A stretch of DNA of 60,736 nt from Patescibacteria group bacterium (GTDB lineage: Bacteria > Patescibacteriota > Minisyncoccia > Minisyncoccales > UBA10102): assembly GCA_038062375.1 (NCBI GenBank), contig JBBTXG010000002.1, positions 1 through 60,736 of the forward strand, written 5' to 3'. How positions within the stretch are numbered: the stretch's first letter is position 1; each line of letters starts with the position of its first letter. Both the position numbers and the translations under genes were made by a program. The notes under the pieces are model-generated. The model searched no databases, had not been told where the DNA came from, and was given only the letters and a program-made list of their open reading frames with translations. Below are positions 20,998 to 31,052 of this stretch, in pieces.

Positions 20998-22215
20998 CTA
21001 TACCAAACGGACAGAGGGAATGGGAATGATGAATTTTCCCCCGCTCTCTCTGAATGGCCGTAATTCTTCCATTCCCATCACTTCATCTCCAAGATTCCAG
21101 CATAAAAGCAATAAATAGGCAGGTTTGTCTTCGGAGATTTTTTCGATGGGATGGATAAGCATATGAGTGCCCGGGGTATATAATCCTTGTTTTGCGGGAG
21201 ATTTATCTACGATAAAATCAAGATAATTCTCTCCGATGCCACAATAGTTCAGCAAGGTCATCCCTTTTGCAGGAGCGCTGTACGCAGCAATCCTCTTTCC
21301 CTCTTTCTTCAACTGGTCAAGCAAAGCAAGAAGTTCTGACTTGAGACCGCGTACCTTCCCTTCAATCGCCCGATAGGTTTCGACGCGATCAAACCCATCT
21401 TTACACTCTCTCTTTGCGAGTTCTTCAATGTTCTTGGTGATTTGATGGGCACCAGGGTGCCCTGCAAAAATTCGCAACGAGCCTCCTTGCAGAGGAATGA
21501 ACTCGACATCATAAATCTCAAGGTCTGCTTTTGAAAAAAGATGCTGAAGCGAAAGCAAAGAGTAATAAAACACATGTTCGTGGTAGATAAGATCAAACTT
21601 CCCTTCGAGTAAACCCGCTCCATAGGGAAATTCAAACACTGCGCTTCCCTTCGGTTTGAGCATGACTTTCACTCCTTGAACAAAATCGACAATTTCGCTC
21701 ACGTGGGCTAACACATTCGCACCATACACAAGATCGGCTTGCATGCCTTGTTCTTCGTGAAACCTTCTTGCAAACTCATGGGTAAAAAAACTGGGGATGG
21801 TCCACATGCCTTTCTCGTTTGCGAGTTTTGCAATATTTTTTGCAGGTTCTATCCCAACGAAAGGAATCTCAAGCTCCTTGAGATATTGCAAAAACGCGCC
21901 GTCATTGCTCCCGATTTCGAGCACAAAACTTTGGGGGGTCAATCGGAATCGCTCTCTGACATACAGAGCAGTGTGTTTGCAGTGTTCCAAAAAGGATTGA
22001 GAAATAGAGGAAAAATAGAGATAACTTTTAAAGAGCTCCGGGCCAGGAACAACAGAGAAAAGCTGCACTAAAAAGCATTGGGGACAAAATCCCACACTTA
22101 TATCATACTTCTTCTCAAGGGGCAGCTCTTCTGCCTTTGCAAAGGCATTCGCAAGAGGCATCTGTCCAAGAGAAAGAAACGGAATGAGTTGCACATCGCA
22201 GACCCGACAGTTCAT
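20998..22215 (-). CDS. NDP-hexose C3-methyltransferase (Zn-binding, class I SAM)
   Basis: N-terminal CRVC...CPQC, EIGSNDG, ANVLAHV and FDLIYHEH; C-terminal YSAPAKG...KQG..TPGTH. Confidence 0.9.
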   Translation of the reverse strand: MNCRVCDVQLIPFLSLGQMPLANAFAKAEELPLEKKYDISVGFCPQCFLVQLFSVVPGPELFKSYLYFSSISQSFLEHCKHTALYVRERFRLTPQSFVLEIGSNDGAFLQYLKELEIPFVGIEPAKNIAKLANEKGMWTIPSFFTHEFARRFHEEQGMQADLVYGANVLAHVSEIVDFVQGVKVMLKPKGSAVFEFPYGAGLLEGKFDLIYHEHVFYYSLLSLQHLFSKADLEIYDVEFIPLQGGSLRIFAGHPGAHQITKNIEELAKRECKDGFDRVETYRAIEGKVRGLKSELLALLDQLKKEGKRIAAYSAPAKGMTLLNYCGIGENYLDFIVDKSPAKQGLYTPGTHMLIHPIEKISEDKPAYLLLLCWNLGDEVMGMEELRPFRESGGKFIIPIPSVRLV

Positions 22216-23300
22216 GGAGTCTCAAAAAGTGAAGAAATATGACGATTGGTAATTTCAATCATATCACCTCTGTCATAAAACCGTTGGTACCACTCAACCG
22301 TCATCTCAAGACACGTACGCAAAGAGAATCTCGAATGCCATCGGAGCATTTCCTGCGCATGATGGACATCAAGCTTGAGAGATTCAGCTTCATGAGGTTC
22401 TTGGGTATCTTGATCAATACGATAGAACCCACTCTTTTTTAAAAACCCGAGTAGCTCTTCTGTAAGTTCTTGCACCGTTATGTAGTTTTCCTCTTGGGGA
22501 CCAAAATTCCAAGCTCCTGCGCATTCTTTCTTGCCCTCATAGAGGTATTTGGCAAGAACAAGATACCCAAGCAAAGGCTCCATGACGTGCTGCCATGGCC
22601 TGACCGAAGAGGGATTCCGGAGAATCACAGGCTCATATTTCTCAAACACTGATCTGATAATATCAGGAATGATCCGATCTTTCGACCAATCTCCCCCTCC
22701 GATCACGTTCCCAGATCGTACCGATGCAATCAAGGTCTCATGCTTGAGTGAATAGTCTTTGGGGTGAAAAAACGATCGAAGGTATGAACTGATCACCATT
22801 TCAGCTCCTGCCTTGCTCGCGCTATAGGGATCATACCCTCCCAACTGATCATGCTCGCGATACGCAGAGGTTGGATCTTCCTTGATCTCATACACTTTAT
22901 CGGTGGTCACCAGCACGATTACTTTGGCACTCCCGACATCCTTTGCCGCCTGGAGAACGTTCGCTGTTCCAAGGATATTGGTCTCAAACGTATACAAAGG
23001 ATTAAGATAGCTTTCTCTCACCAAGGGTTGTGCTGCCAAATGAAAGATAATCTCTGGTCTTTCTTTTTGAATGATCTCGTGAACCGCTCTCTGATCTCGA
23101 ATGTCTGCAAAATAGTTGTGAATATTTGGTTGTATCTCCAAGATTTCAAAGAGATTCGGATTCGTATGGGGCACAAGCGCAATCCCGCTCACCTGTGCTC
23201 TCCAATGCACGAGAATCTGCGAAAGCCAACTTCCCTTAAAACCCGTATGCCCGGTGATAAGGATTTTTTTACCTTGAAAAAATGGTTGAAGATTCTCCAT
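22212..23300 (-). CDS. rfbG: CDP-glucose 4,6-dehydratase
   Basis: Motifs ITGHTGFKGSWL, HLAAQPLVRESY, DPYSASK, GNVIGGGDW and RPWQHVMEPL. Confidence 0.95.
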   Translation of the reverse strand: MENLQPFFQGKKILITGHTGFKGSWLSQILVHWRAQVSGIALVPHTNPNLFEILEIQPNIHNYFADIRDQRAVHEIIQKERPEIIFHLAAQPLVRESYLNPLYTFETNILGTANVLQAAKDVGSAKVIVLVTTDKVYEIKEDPTSAYREHDQLGGYDPYSASKAGAEMVISSYLRSFFHPKDYSLKHETLIASVRSGNVIGGGDWSKDRIIPDIIRSVFEKYEPVILRNPSSVRPWQHVMEPLLGYLVLAKYLYEGKKECAGAWNFGPQEENYITVQELTEELLGFLKKSGFYRIDQDTQEPHEAESLKLDVHHAQEMLRWHSRFSLRTCLEMTVEWYQRFYDRGDMIEITNRHISSLFETP

Positions 23301-23310
23301 ACAAAGTCCT

Positions 23311-24075
23311 TCATTTTTCCCACACCGCCCACGGCCGATCTTTTTTCCAGATCTCATTTAACTCCTGCATTTCTCGATGAGTATCCATTGACTTGAAAAA
23401 TCTCTCGTGCATATACACCGATAACTGATTCTGTTCGATCAACCTGGGAAACACACTTTCCATATCCCCCTTATCGAAATACTCAAATACCTCTCGCCGA
23501 AAAATCATGAATCCCCCATTCACACACTCTCCCATGAGAGGTTTTTGAACAAAGCTCTTGGCCAGACCCGTTTCCTTATCAAAGAGAAGAAGTCCGTACT
23601 TGGAATAGGGATGAACAGCCGTGACGGTGCCAAGCGTTCCTTGTTTTCGATGAAAAGAGACGAGTTGTTCGATGTTGATATCTGCCACTCCGTCTCCATA
23701 CGTAACCATGAATTCATCTTCGGTAATATAAGGTTTCGCTCTCAAAATCCGCTCTCCCGTGAGACTATCCAAGCCAGTTTCTGTAAAAGTGATGATAAAT
23801 CCGTCGTTCAATTTCGTGTGATAAGAGATCTCACCGTTTACGGTATCGATCGTAAAATCATTAGAAATCGCGCGTTCATAAAGGAAGTATTCTTTGATCA
23901 TCTCTCCTTTGTAGCCCAACGCAAGAACAAACTCATGGTATCCATAATGAGCGTATATTTTCATAATGTGCCAGAGGATTGGTCTTGGCCCCACCATTAC
24001 CAAGGGCTTTGGTTTAAACTCGGTTTCTTCTCTCAAGCGCGTGCCCAAACCTCCGCAGAGAATAATCGTCTTCAT
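23311..24075 (-). CDS. rfbF: Glucose-1-phosphate cytidylyltransferase
   Basis: Motifs LCGGLGTRLREETEFKPKP, PILWHIMKIY and TYGDGVADI. Confidence 0.93.
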   Translation of the reverse strand: MKTIILCGGLGTRLREETEFKPKPLVMVGPRPILWHIMKIYAHYGYHEFVLALGYKGEMIKEYFLYERAISNDFTIDTVNGEISYHTKLNDGFIITFTETGLDSLTGERILRAKPYITEDEFMVTYGDGVADINIEQLVSFHRKQGTLGTVTAVHPYSKYGLLLFDKETGLAKSFVQKPLMGECVNGGFMIFRREVFEYFDKGDMESVFPRLIEQNQLSVYMHERFFKSMDTHREMQELNEIWKKDRPWAVWEK

Positions 24076-24081
24076 AAAGAA

Positions 24082-25575
24082 TTAGACTCGAGAAAAACTC
24101 CATAGATGAACTCTATAGAAGAACAGGAGAAAAGTAAAGTAGATTCCCAACCCCACGAGACCTACCACTATCACATGGAAGGAAGAGAAAATGGGATGCC
24201 CAAGAGCAATCCCCATCAAGAGAGCCGAAATGCTCGCTGCCAATACCACACGGAGAAAATCGGGCGCGACAATTCTCGTGGGCGTAAAATTCCTCGCAAA
24301 GAGAATCCCGAGTATCAAAAGAATGGCATACCCTCCAACGGTAGCCCCAACCGCACCTTGGAGGCCAAAGAAAGGAATACCGATGAGCGATAGAAGAATA
24401 TAAGAAACTGCTCCCACGAATTGGCAGAGAAAATACTTTTTCTCTTTGTTGGAGACAACCAAAAGCACGCCGAAAGGAAGATAGAGGAAATAGAACCCAA
24501 TGATCAAAGAGAATACTTCAAGAACAGGAATCGCTCGTGCATAGGAGGACCCATAGAGAAAATCAACGAGTTTGGGAGCAAGAGAAAACCCTCCGACGAC
24601 AAGGGGTAAGGCAAGGACAACCATAACAGAAAGAAAATGAGACCAAATGCGTCTAAGTTCTTCTTGGGATTTCGCCCATGCTTTGCTTAACGCTGGCACA
24701 AAAGCGAGGGCAACCAAGGAAGCTCCAAGAAAGGCTGCTCCTGCCAACTGGAATGCAGCATTGTACCAGCCAACCTCTCTCACATACCCCCAGTACCCTA
24801 AAAGTGCAGAACTAAAGTACAGGTACACCCCTCCCATAAGCGAAGCAAATCCGATGGGTAATGAACTCTTCAGATATCGAATCCAGACAGGTCTATTCCA
24901 TTCGAGAGAGAGGGGGCGTATACGCACATGGAAAAAAACGAGAGAGGCTACCAAAGCAGCAAACGTTGCGAGGAGGTATCCATAACTCACATTCGCGAGA
25001 GAAGGAGCTTTCCAAAGCACCAACATACCCACCACCAAAAGAACTCCTCCATGGACACCCTTCAAAAGAGCCTCATAGTGCATGCGTTGGCGAGCTTGGA
25101 AAAAGGCAAAGAAGAGAGAAAGAAAATTTCGAAAAATGAGAAAAAGGGTCAATACCAAAATTGCATGCCTGATTGCCAAATCCTGCGTAACGAGAAAAGA
25201 GAGTGCCACCATCCCAACAAAAGTTCCCAAGGCAAAAAGAAGCTTGAGAGAAAGAAGCGAGGGGAAGTCCCGCTCTTTCAATGGAGAACGAGAAAATTCC
25301 CGCGGAATAATATCAGAAATGCCCATATCCGAAAACAATGCAAAAAGCGATACCAGTGCGAGAGCAAATTGAAACTTTCCAAATTCCCCTACCCCCAGAA
25401 TTCTCGCAATAGAAATCATCAACAAAACGTATACCCCTCTTTGCATCATTTCTCCCATCAAAAGCCATCCGAGATTCTTCCAGATTGTCTGTTGGATACC
25501 CTTATATTGAACTGTTGATTTTGTTTCGTTCACGAAAGAAAGAAAAAACTTTTGAAAACATACCCCCAAATTCAT
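24082..25575 (-). CDS. wzx: Wzx-type flippase
   Basis: About 12-14 TM segments with IARILGVGEFG, SDMGI and EVGWYNAA patterns. Confidence 0.88.
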   Translation of the reverse strand: MNLGVCFQKFFLSFVNETKSTVQYKGIQQTIWKNLGWLLMGEMMQRGVYVLLMISIARILGVGEFGKFQFALALVSLFALFSDMGISDIIPREFSRSPLKERDFPSLLSLKLLFALGTFVGMVALSFLVTQDLAIRHAILVLTLFLIFRNFLSLFFAFFQARQRMHYEALLKGVHGGVLLVVGMLVLWKAPSLANVSYGYLLATFAALVASLVFFHVRIRPLSLEWNRPVWIRYLKSSLPIGFASLMGGVYLYFSSALLGYWGYVREVGWYNAAFQLAGAAFLGASLVALAFVPALSKAWAKSQEELRRIWSHFLSVMVVLALPLVVGGFSLAPKLVDFLYGSSYARAIPVLEVFSLIIGFYFLYLPFGVLLVVSNKEKKYFLCQFVGAVSYILLSLIGIPFFGLQGAVGATVGGYAILLILGILFARNFTPTRIVAPDFLRVVLAASISALLMGIALGHPIFSSFHVIVVGLVGLGIYFTFLLFFYRVHLWSFSRV

Positions 25576-28500
25576 GGGTTTGAAAGTAAAAAGGAAAGAG
25601 GGTGAAAAGTACGAGGAAAGCGGGAATGCGAATTCTCATCAAAGTTCCTAAGTCCTCAATGGTCAAGGTGATTCCGGCGAATATCCCAAACGAAACAAGA
25701 ATAATCGGAAACCATCTTCTCCATTGGGGCAAGGAACGGAGAATCCCTTTTGTGGTGAAAAAGATAAAAAGAGCCCATGGAATGGTTTCTCCGAGTACGA
25801 AAAGTTGGCGAGCGTAATGAAGCTCCCATGGAAAAGGGCCAAGCGCGACCGAAGCGAACGAAAGGAAGGAATACTTGAAAAACGAGAATGGGTTTTCGAA
25901 CATCCGCTCTCGACTGTGCAAAGAATCAGATGTCCTTTCTTCTGAAATCCAAGGAAGCCTCCCTCTTTCCAAAGACTCTCGGGAGAAAAGAACCTGTTTA
26001 TCGTTTGGATTCCAAGGCTTCAAGAACAAAACAGTTTCTTCTTGGGATTTCTCGAATAAGAAGAAGGGAAATGGGGTTATCACCCTCTCCCCTCGAATTC
26101 CATTGCCCATCACCTCCACGCGAGGCGCCATGAGCACTTGCGTAACCTTTGAAATTCCATAATACCCGTAACCCCACAACACAGGAATGCATCCAACAAG
26201 CAACATCAGAAAGAGACCGTATCGAAGCCGACTGCGCCAAGCAATAGAAGAACACATAAAGAAAGAAGCCACGAAAGCAATTCCTCCGATGAGTCCCACA
26301 TAGAAACGAAAGTGCACAAGCAAAAACAAGAGCAGAAGAACTCCAAAAACATTTCTTGCCGAGAATGTTCCAAGGGTCTTGAGCATCCACAGAACAAAAC
26401 TTAACACAAGGACTGCAACAATGCTCTCCCGTAAAAGCAAACTCCCAAAATAAAGATAGCTCGGATAGAAACCAACCAGATATCCGGGAACCAGCGCCCA
26501 TCTTGCTTGTGCGCCGAGTTGTCTTGCAATCAAAAAAACAAGCACTGCGGAAAGACCCGCAAGCCACACATTCAGCATTTTCCCAAAGAGTTGGTCTGGC
26601 ACCCCAACCACGTAGATTGCTCCGATCAAGAGCGGGTAATAATGATCAAAGGTGTCATTCTCTCTAAGATGTTGCTCGATACTCTTCCAAGAAAAATCTC
26701 CCTGACGGAAATCCTGTGCAATGGAAACCGCGGCTCGATGGTAGTACTTCTGATCTCCTTCTCCTCTTCCAAATGGGTAAAACTCTGCGTAATGAACAAA
26801 CAATGTACCAATGAGATGGAAAGAAAGCACCACCGAAAACAGAAAGATAAGGGAAGGTTTCCCAAGTCCAAATCTCCTCCCCATCAGGAACGTTCCCAGG
26901 ATGAAAGAAAAAAGAAAAAGAAGTGAGAAGCCCAACGCTCTATCGAAAAGAGCGATTCCCAGGAGCATCACAATTCCTCCCAAGAAGAGGCGGCGCATTT
27001 TCAAAAATCGATCGTCTTGAGTCCGGTGGAAAAAAGATCTTATCTTCTCTTTCCACTCTCCCCACGAAAACCTCCATATACCTGCTGTCTGAATTCCCTT
27101 GACGGCAAAGGGCAAAAGCACAAGGAATGCAGGAATGCGAATGCGCATGTAGGTTCCATAATTATTGAGAAATAGCGCGAGGAGCGCAATGATTCCCAGC
27201 GCGACCATGAGGACAGGGATCATTACTCTCCATTGAGACCTCGCCGCAAAGATTCCTTTGAACACAAAAATCAAGAGCACTATCCATGGGATGGTTTCGA
27301 TCAATACAAACAGTTGGCGAGAATAACGAATATGCCATGGAAAGGGACCAAGCGCGACAGAAGCCAAAGAAGCAAGGTAGCTTTTCCCAAATATCAGGGG
27401 ATTCTCAAAATCTGCTTTTGCTGCAATGGTAGAACCAGGTTCCGGATTCTTGGGTGAAATTGAAACTGGAGAAGGGTTTTGAGAAGGCGGGGAAGGGGCT
27501 GGCAAGGGAATTTGAGGCGGAGTTGGTTTTGCAATTTGAGGCGGAGAACCAACAGAAGGAGAAACGACTTGTAATGTCCCTTGAGAAGAAGGTTTGACTT
27601 GATTCTGAAGAGCCCGGTTTATTTCTTTATCTCTCTGTTGGGCAACATCCGAATAGGCCCGGTAAGAAGCAATCACCTCTGGTTTCAGATAGTAAGCGAT
27701 CTGATCTTTGGCAAAATATCCATGCCCCCAAAATTGGGGCAAAAATCCAAGCAGAGGGAACAGAACCACTGCATACGCAAGTCTGGTCCGCCATTCGAGG
27801 CGAGGAAGGAAAAGCCATGAAACAACAAATATCCCCAATAGTATAAATCCAAGATATTCTCGGAAATGAATGAGCCAAAATACCGCAAGGGCAAAAAGGG
27901 AAAATGTGCGCCAGGAAAAATGCTTGATGAGCTTTATGACCGAAAGTAGGGCAAACAACACCAAAAAAACCACCAGACCTTCTTTGAGGAGTAGGCTTCC
28001 AAAATAGAGATAGCTGGGCAGAACACCCCCCAGATATCCGCTAAGCACTGCCGCTTTTCTGCCCAAGCCAAGCTCTAAAGCAATGAGATAGAGTACAATC
28101 ACCGAAATTCCCACAAACCACACGCTTACCATTTTTCCAATAATTTTTGCAGGCGTGGTAGCTGCATAGAGTCCTCCCAGCAACAGAGGATAATAGTGTT
28201 CGAGTTGGTATGCCTTGATGCTCGCCAATGAGAAATTTCCTTGGCGAATATCTTGGCTAATTGCTGTTCCTACACGATGGTAGATTCGCTGATCTGATCC
28301 CTCTTTCCCTCCAAAAGGATAAAACTCTCCATAATGGATAAACAGCGTGGCTCCCAAATGAACGAGTACTACAAGGAGGAAAAGAATTCCAAGGGAACTC
28401 GTATAGATGCCGATTTTCCGTATCAAAAAGAGCGTTCCCATGCTCAAGAATCCAAGCAAAAGAAATGCAAAGAGGAGTTCCTGATTCGCGAGGGCTATAC

Positions 28501-29875
28501 TCCCGAATATCAGAGAGAGAAGAAGCACTGTGCTCCTCTGCACAATCTTTTCATGAAATTTGATCCAATGCCACCAAGAGCCGATTTTGGAAAAAATTGC
28601 TTTGGTTCTTACGGGAAAAGAAAAACTCACCAACGAAAGAAGCGCGAGGAAGGCGGGAATACGAAGACGCATTGTCATGCCAGAATCCATCTCATAGAGA
28701 GAAAGCAAGAGAAACACCCCGGCGCCAAAAAGAATCAGAGGAAAGGCGACTGTGCGGCGTTCCTGGAAAGAACGAAAAATCCCTCTCCCCACCAAAAACA
28801 GCAAGAAATACCAGGGAATCGTTTCTGCAAGAAAGAAAATATTTCGAGAAGATTGTATCTCCCAAGGGAAGGGTCCGAGCAGCGCTCCAAGGAAAGACTG
28901 GGCGATCTTGCCAAGGCCAGAGAGAATACCAGAACTCATCTCAACCTCGGTCCCCACAAGAGGGAGCGCAAGCGCTTGACCAAAACTTCCTCCCCAAGCA
29001 CTTTGGGTAAGAAATTCAGAAATGAAAGGAACGAAAAGAATCAAGAGCACAACGAGCCCCAACGAGGAAATGTTCTTTCTTGGAGAAAGAGTGCTCCAAA
29101 GGATGAAAGAAAACAGGCTCGCAATTCCCAGGACAATACCAACGGAAGAACGCACGTGCGCAGCAAGAAGCAAGGCTCCGTAAAAAGAAAAAAATACCTT
29201 CCAAGAAAAAAGTTTGAGGGATTTCATGAGGAAAAGAAGTCCCGCAAGGAGAGAGACAATCAGGAGGCTGTCTTCGAGCAGAGCGCCAGAAAAAAGAAGA
29301 AAGCTTGGATACAAAGAAGCAAGGAATCCCACCAGAAGAGCTCGATGAAAAGATCCCCCGATTTCCCTGACGAGCAAAAAGAGGAAAAGAGTCGCAAGAA
29401 CTGAAAGCCAAACGCCCAAGAGCTGCCCCATGAGCACATGAGGAATCGTGAACCAATAGACATACCCCACGAGCACCGGAAAGAGATGATCCAAACCTAA
29501 ACCGCGCAAGGAAAAATTCCCTTGAGAAATGCGTTCTGCAACGTGGCGAGCTTGGGTATGATATTCCTCATAATCTGCTCCTCCGCTTATAAAAGCGTCG
29601 AAGCCCGAACCAGACAGAAAAAGAATCGGAAGGAGATGGAGAAAAAGTGCAAAGAAAAGGAGAATAAAAACTTCTTTTCTTTGTAATCCCATCCTCCAAA
29701 GTACCTCCATGGTTCCTGCCATAAGAAATACAAGTAATCCAATCCCAACAACGAGCGGATGTTCAAAGAAGAGCATCGCAATCAATGCTCCAAGAAATAA
29801 AGCAGCTTTTCTCCAGAAAGCATATTTATGAAGGAGAGTGAAAGTTGTCATGAATCTGAATAATTCCCGTATCAT
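25502..29875 (-). CDS. Large polytopic membrane protein with three tandem GT-C/Wzy-like units
   Basis: Each of these motifs occurs three times: D...YH......(S/A)..(I/F).QG.FS, PS(Y/F)L.F...LL.(E/D), LGPFPW, L.ETIPW and R(I/L)RIPAFL.L. Alternative start at 29851. Confidence 0.75.
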   Translation of the reverse strand: MIRELFRFMTTFTLLHKYAFWRKAALFLGALIAMLFFEHPLVVGIGLLVFLMAGTMEVLWRMGLQRKEVFILLFFALFLHLLPILFLSGSGFDAFISGGADYEEYHTQARHVAERISQGNFSLRGLGLDHLFPVLVGYVYWFTIPHVLMGQLLGVWLSVLATLFLFLLVREIGGSFHRALLVGFLASLYPSFLLFSGALLEDSLLIVSLLAGLLFLMKSLKLFSWKVFFSFYGALLLAAHVRSSVGIVLGIASLFSFILWSTLSPRKNISSLGLVVLLILFVPFISEFLTQSAWGGSFGQALALPLVGTEVEMSSGILSGLGKIAQSFLGALLGPFPWEIQSSRNIFFLAETIPWYFLLFLVGRGIFRSFQERRTVAFPLILFGAGVFLLLSLYEMDSGMTMRLRIPAFLALLSLVSFSFPVRTKAIFSKIGSWWHWIKFHEKIVQRSTVLLLSLIFGSIALANQELLFAFLLLGFLSMGTLFLIRKIGIYTSSLGILFLLVVLVHLGATLFIHYGEFYPFGGKEGSDQRIYHRVGTAISQDIRQGNFSLASIKAYQLEHYYPLLLGGLYAATTPAKIIGKMVSVWFVGISVIVLYLIALELGLGRKAAVLSGYLGGVLPSYLYFGSLLLKEGLVVFLVLFALLSVIKLIKHFSWRTFSLFALAVFWLIHFREYLGFILLGIFVVSWLFLPRLEWRTRLAYAVVLFPLLGFLPQFWGHGYFAKDQIAYYLKPEVIASYRAYSDVAQQRDKEINRALQNQVKPSSQGTLQVVSPSVGSPPQIAKPTPPQIPLPAPSPPSQNPSPVSISPKNPEPGSTIAAKADFENPLIFGKSYLASLASVALGPFPWHIRYSRQLFVLIETIPWIVLLIFVFKGIFAARSQWRVMIPVLMVALGIIALLALFLNNYGTYMRIRIPAFLVLLPFAVKGIQTAGIWRFSWGEWKEKIRSFFHRTQDDRFLKMRRLFLGGIVMLLGIALFDRALGFSLLFLFSFILGTFLMGRRFGLGKPSLIFLFSVVLSFHLIGTLFVHYAEFYPFGRGEGDQKYYHRAAVSIAQDFRQGDFSWKSIEQHLRENDTFDHYYPLLIGAIYVVGVPDQLFGKMLNVWLAGLSAVLVFLIARQLGAQARWALVPGYLVGFYPSYLYFGSLLLRESIVAVLVLSFVLWMLKTLGTFSARNVFGVLLLLFLLVHFRFYVGLIGGIAFVASFFMCSSIAWRSRLRYGLFLMLLVGCIPVLWGYGYYGISKVTQVLMAPRVEVMGNGIRGERVITPFPFFLFEKSQEETVLFLKPWNPNDKQVLFSRESLERGRLPWISEERTSDSLHSRERMFENPFSFFKYSFLSFASVALGPFPWELHYARQLFVLGETIPWALFIFFTTKGILRSLPQWRRWFPIILVSFGIFAGITLTIEDLGTLMRIRIPAFLVLFTLFPFYFQTHEFGGMFSKVFSFFRERNKINSSI

Positions 29876-31052
29876 AACTTACAATGCGCTCGTACAATGG
29901 AATCTGTTGGACATGAGGGAAGTGGTGATGAAGATACGCTGAAATTTCTTCTTGGAAGGGATAGGAAGAGATCAACACAGGGATTTTCGCTTTACGCAAC
30001 AATTCAGGGCTTTGAACCCAATGTCCTTCAAAAAACGTATTCCACTTCCTTGGGTTTGAATCCACAATAGCTTCAATCGCCCGTTCTCCCAAGATTCCCG
30101 ATTGAATCAATTGGGAAGTATGCCCTCCTGCGCCATAGATGATAAGTCTTTTGATTTGGGGATCCAACCGTGAACGGAGCTTTTCCAACAATGCGGTTCT
30201 CTTTTTCTGATATTCCTCCATCACGTGCTTCATCTCCTCCACGCCACTCTCCAACGGTTTCTGTCTCTCTTGTTCATTCTGGAGGAGCACTCGGATCGCA
30301 GAAATCTCGGGTACCGGCTCCATAACGATGATGCGAAGACCGAGTCTTGCAGCAAGATTTCTCAAAGAGGATTGCGTGAAATGAAGAAGGTGATGAAAGG
30401 AAAAAAAGTCAGTTAATTGTTCTGCCCATGGACGCTCGGTATCTGGAACTTCCACATAGATATACTTGCCAGGATTGGTAATTCTCTTTGCGAGTTCTAA
30501 AAACTCCATGGGATCTCGCACGTGCTCTAACACATGACGTATCGTGACGATATCAAAGCTCCCGGAGAGCTGCCGAACAAATTGCTCATTGAAAAATCCA
30601 TGAGAGATCGAAATCCCATACTTTTTCGCAGCTTCTTGACAAGCCTCGAGAGACGGCTCTACGCCGGATACCTCGTATCCTCGATCTCTTGCGAGCAAAA
30701 GCAGATCTCCGTTGAAGGCTCCTACATCAAAGAGGGTTTTACAATCAGGAGAAACATGACTCGAAAGAAATTCTAACTGCGAAATCCGAGGGGAAGCCGA
30801 AATCTCTCCAAATCTGCTGTACGTTTCGTAGTACCACTCCAGGCTTTCCTTGGAAGGTTGAGGATTTGTGTACACCATTGCGCAACGCTTACAAATCACT
30901 TGTCTTGCGAGCCAGAGAAAAAGTTCATTGTCATGCCAAAACCGAAATTTGTTTTCGTAGAGCGGCTCGAACTCTCGAGACTCACACAGAGGACAATCAA
31001 TCTCTTGAGACTCAATCGTATGCTCAAGGGTTTTCTTTGATGTTTCTCTCAT
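29826..31052 (-). CDS. Class I SAM methyltransferase with N-terminal Zn site and C-terminal Rossmann-like domain
   Basis: CPLC...CKRC, FDVGAFNG, HVLEHV and IIYGAGGHT. Confidence 0.82.
   Translation of the reverse strand: MRETSKKTLEHTIESQEIDCPLCESREFEPLYENKFRFWHDNELFLWLARQVICKRCAMVYTNPQPSKESLEWYYETYSRFGEISASPRISQLEFLSSHVSPDCKTLFDVGAFNGDLLLLARDRGYEVSGVEPSLEACQEAAKKYGISISHGFFNEQFVRQLSGSFDIVTIRHVLEHVRDPMEFLELAKRITNPGKYIYVEVPDTERPWAEQLTDFFSFHHLLHFTQSSLRNLAARLGLRIIVMEPVPEISAIRVLLQNEQERQKPLESGVEEMKHVMEEYQKKRTALLEKLRSRLDPQIKRLIIYGAGGHTSQLIQSGILGERAIEAIVDSNPRKWNTFFEGHWVQSPELLRKAKIPVLISSYPFQEEISAYLHHHFPHVQQIPLYERIVSYDTGIIQIHDNFHSPS

Noticed and set aside
28334-29404. 356-aa Lys/Arg/Glu-rich + strand ORF
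   Set aside because: Antisense shadow of the Phe/Leu-rich membrane protein; no motifs.
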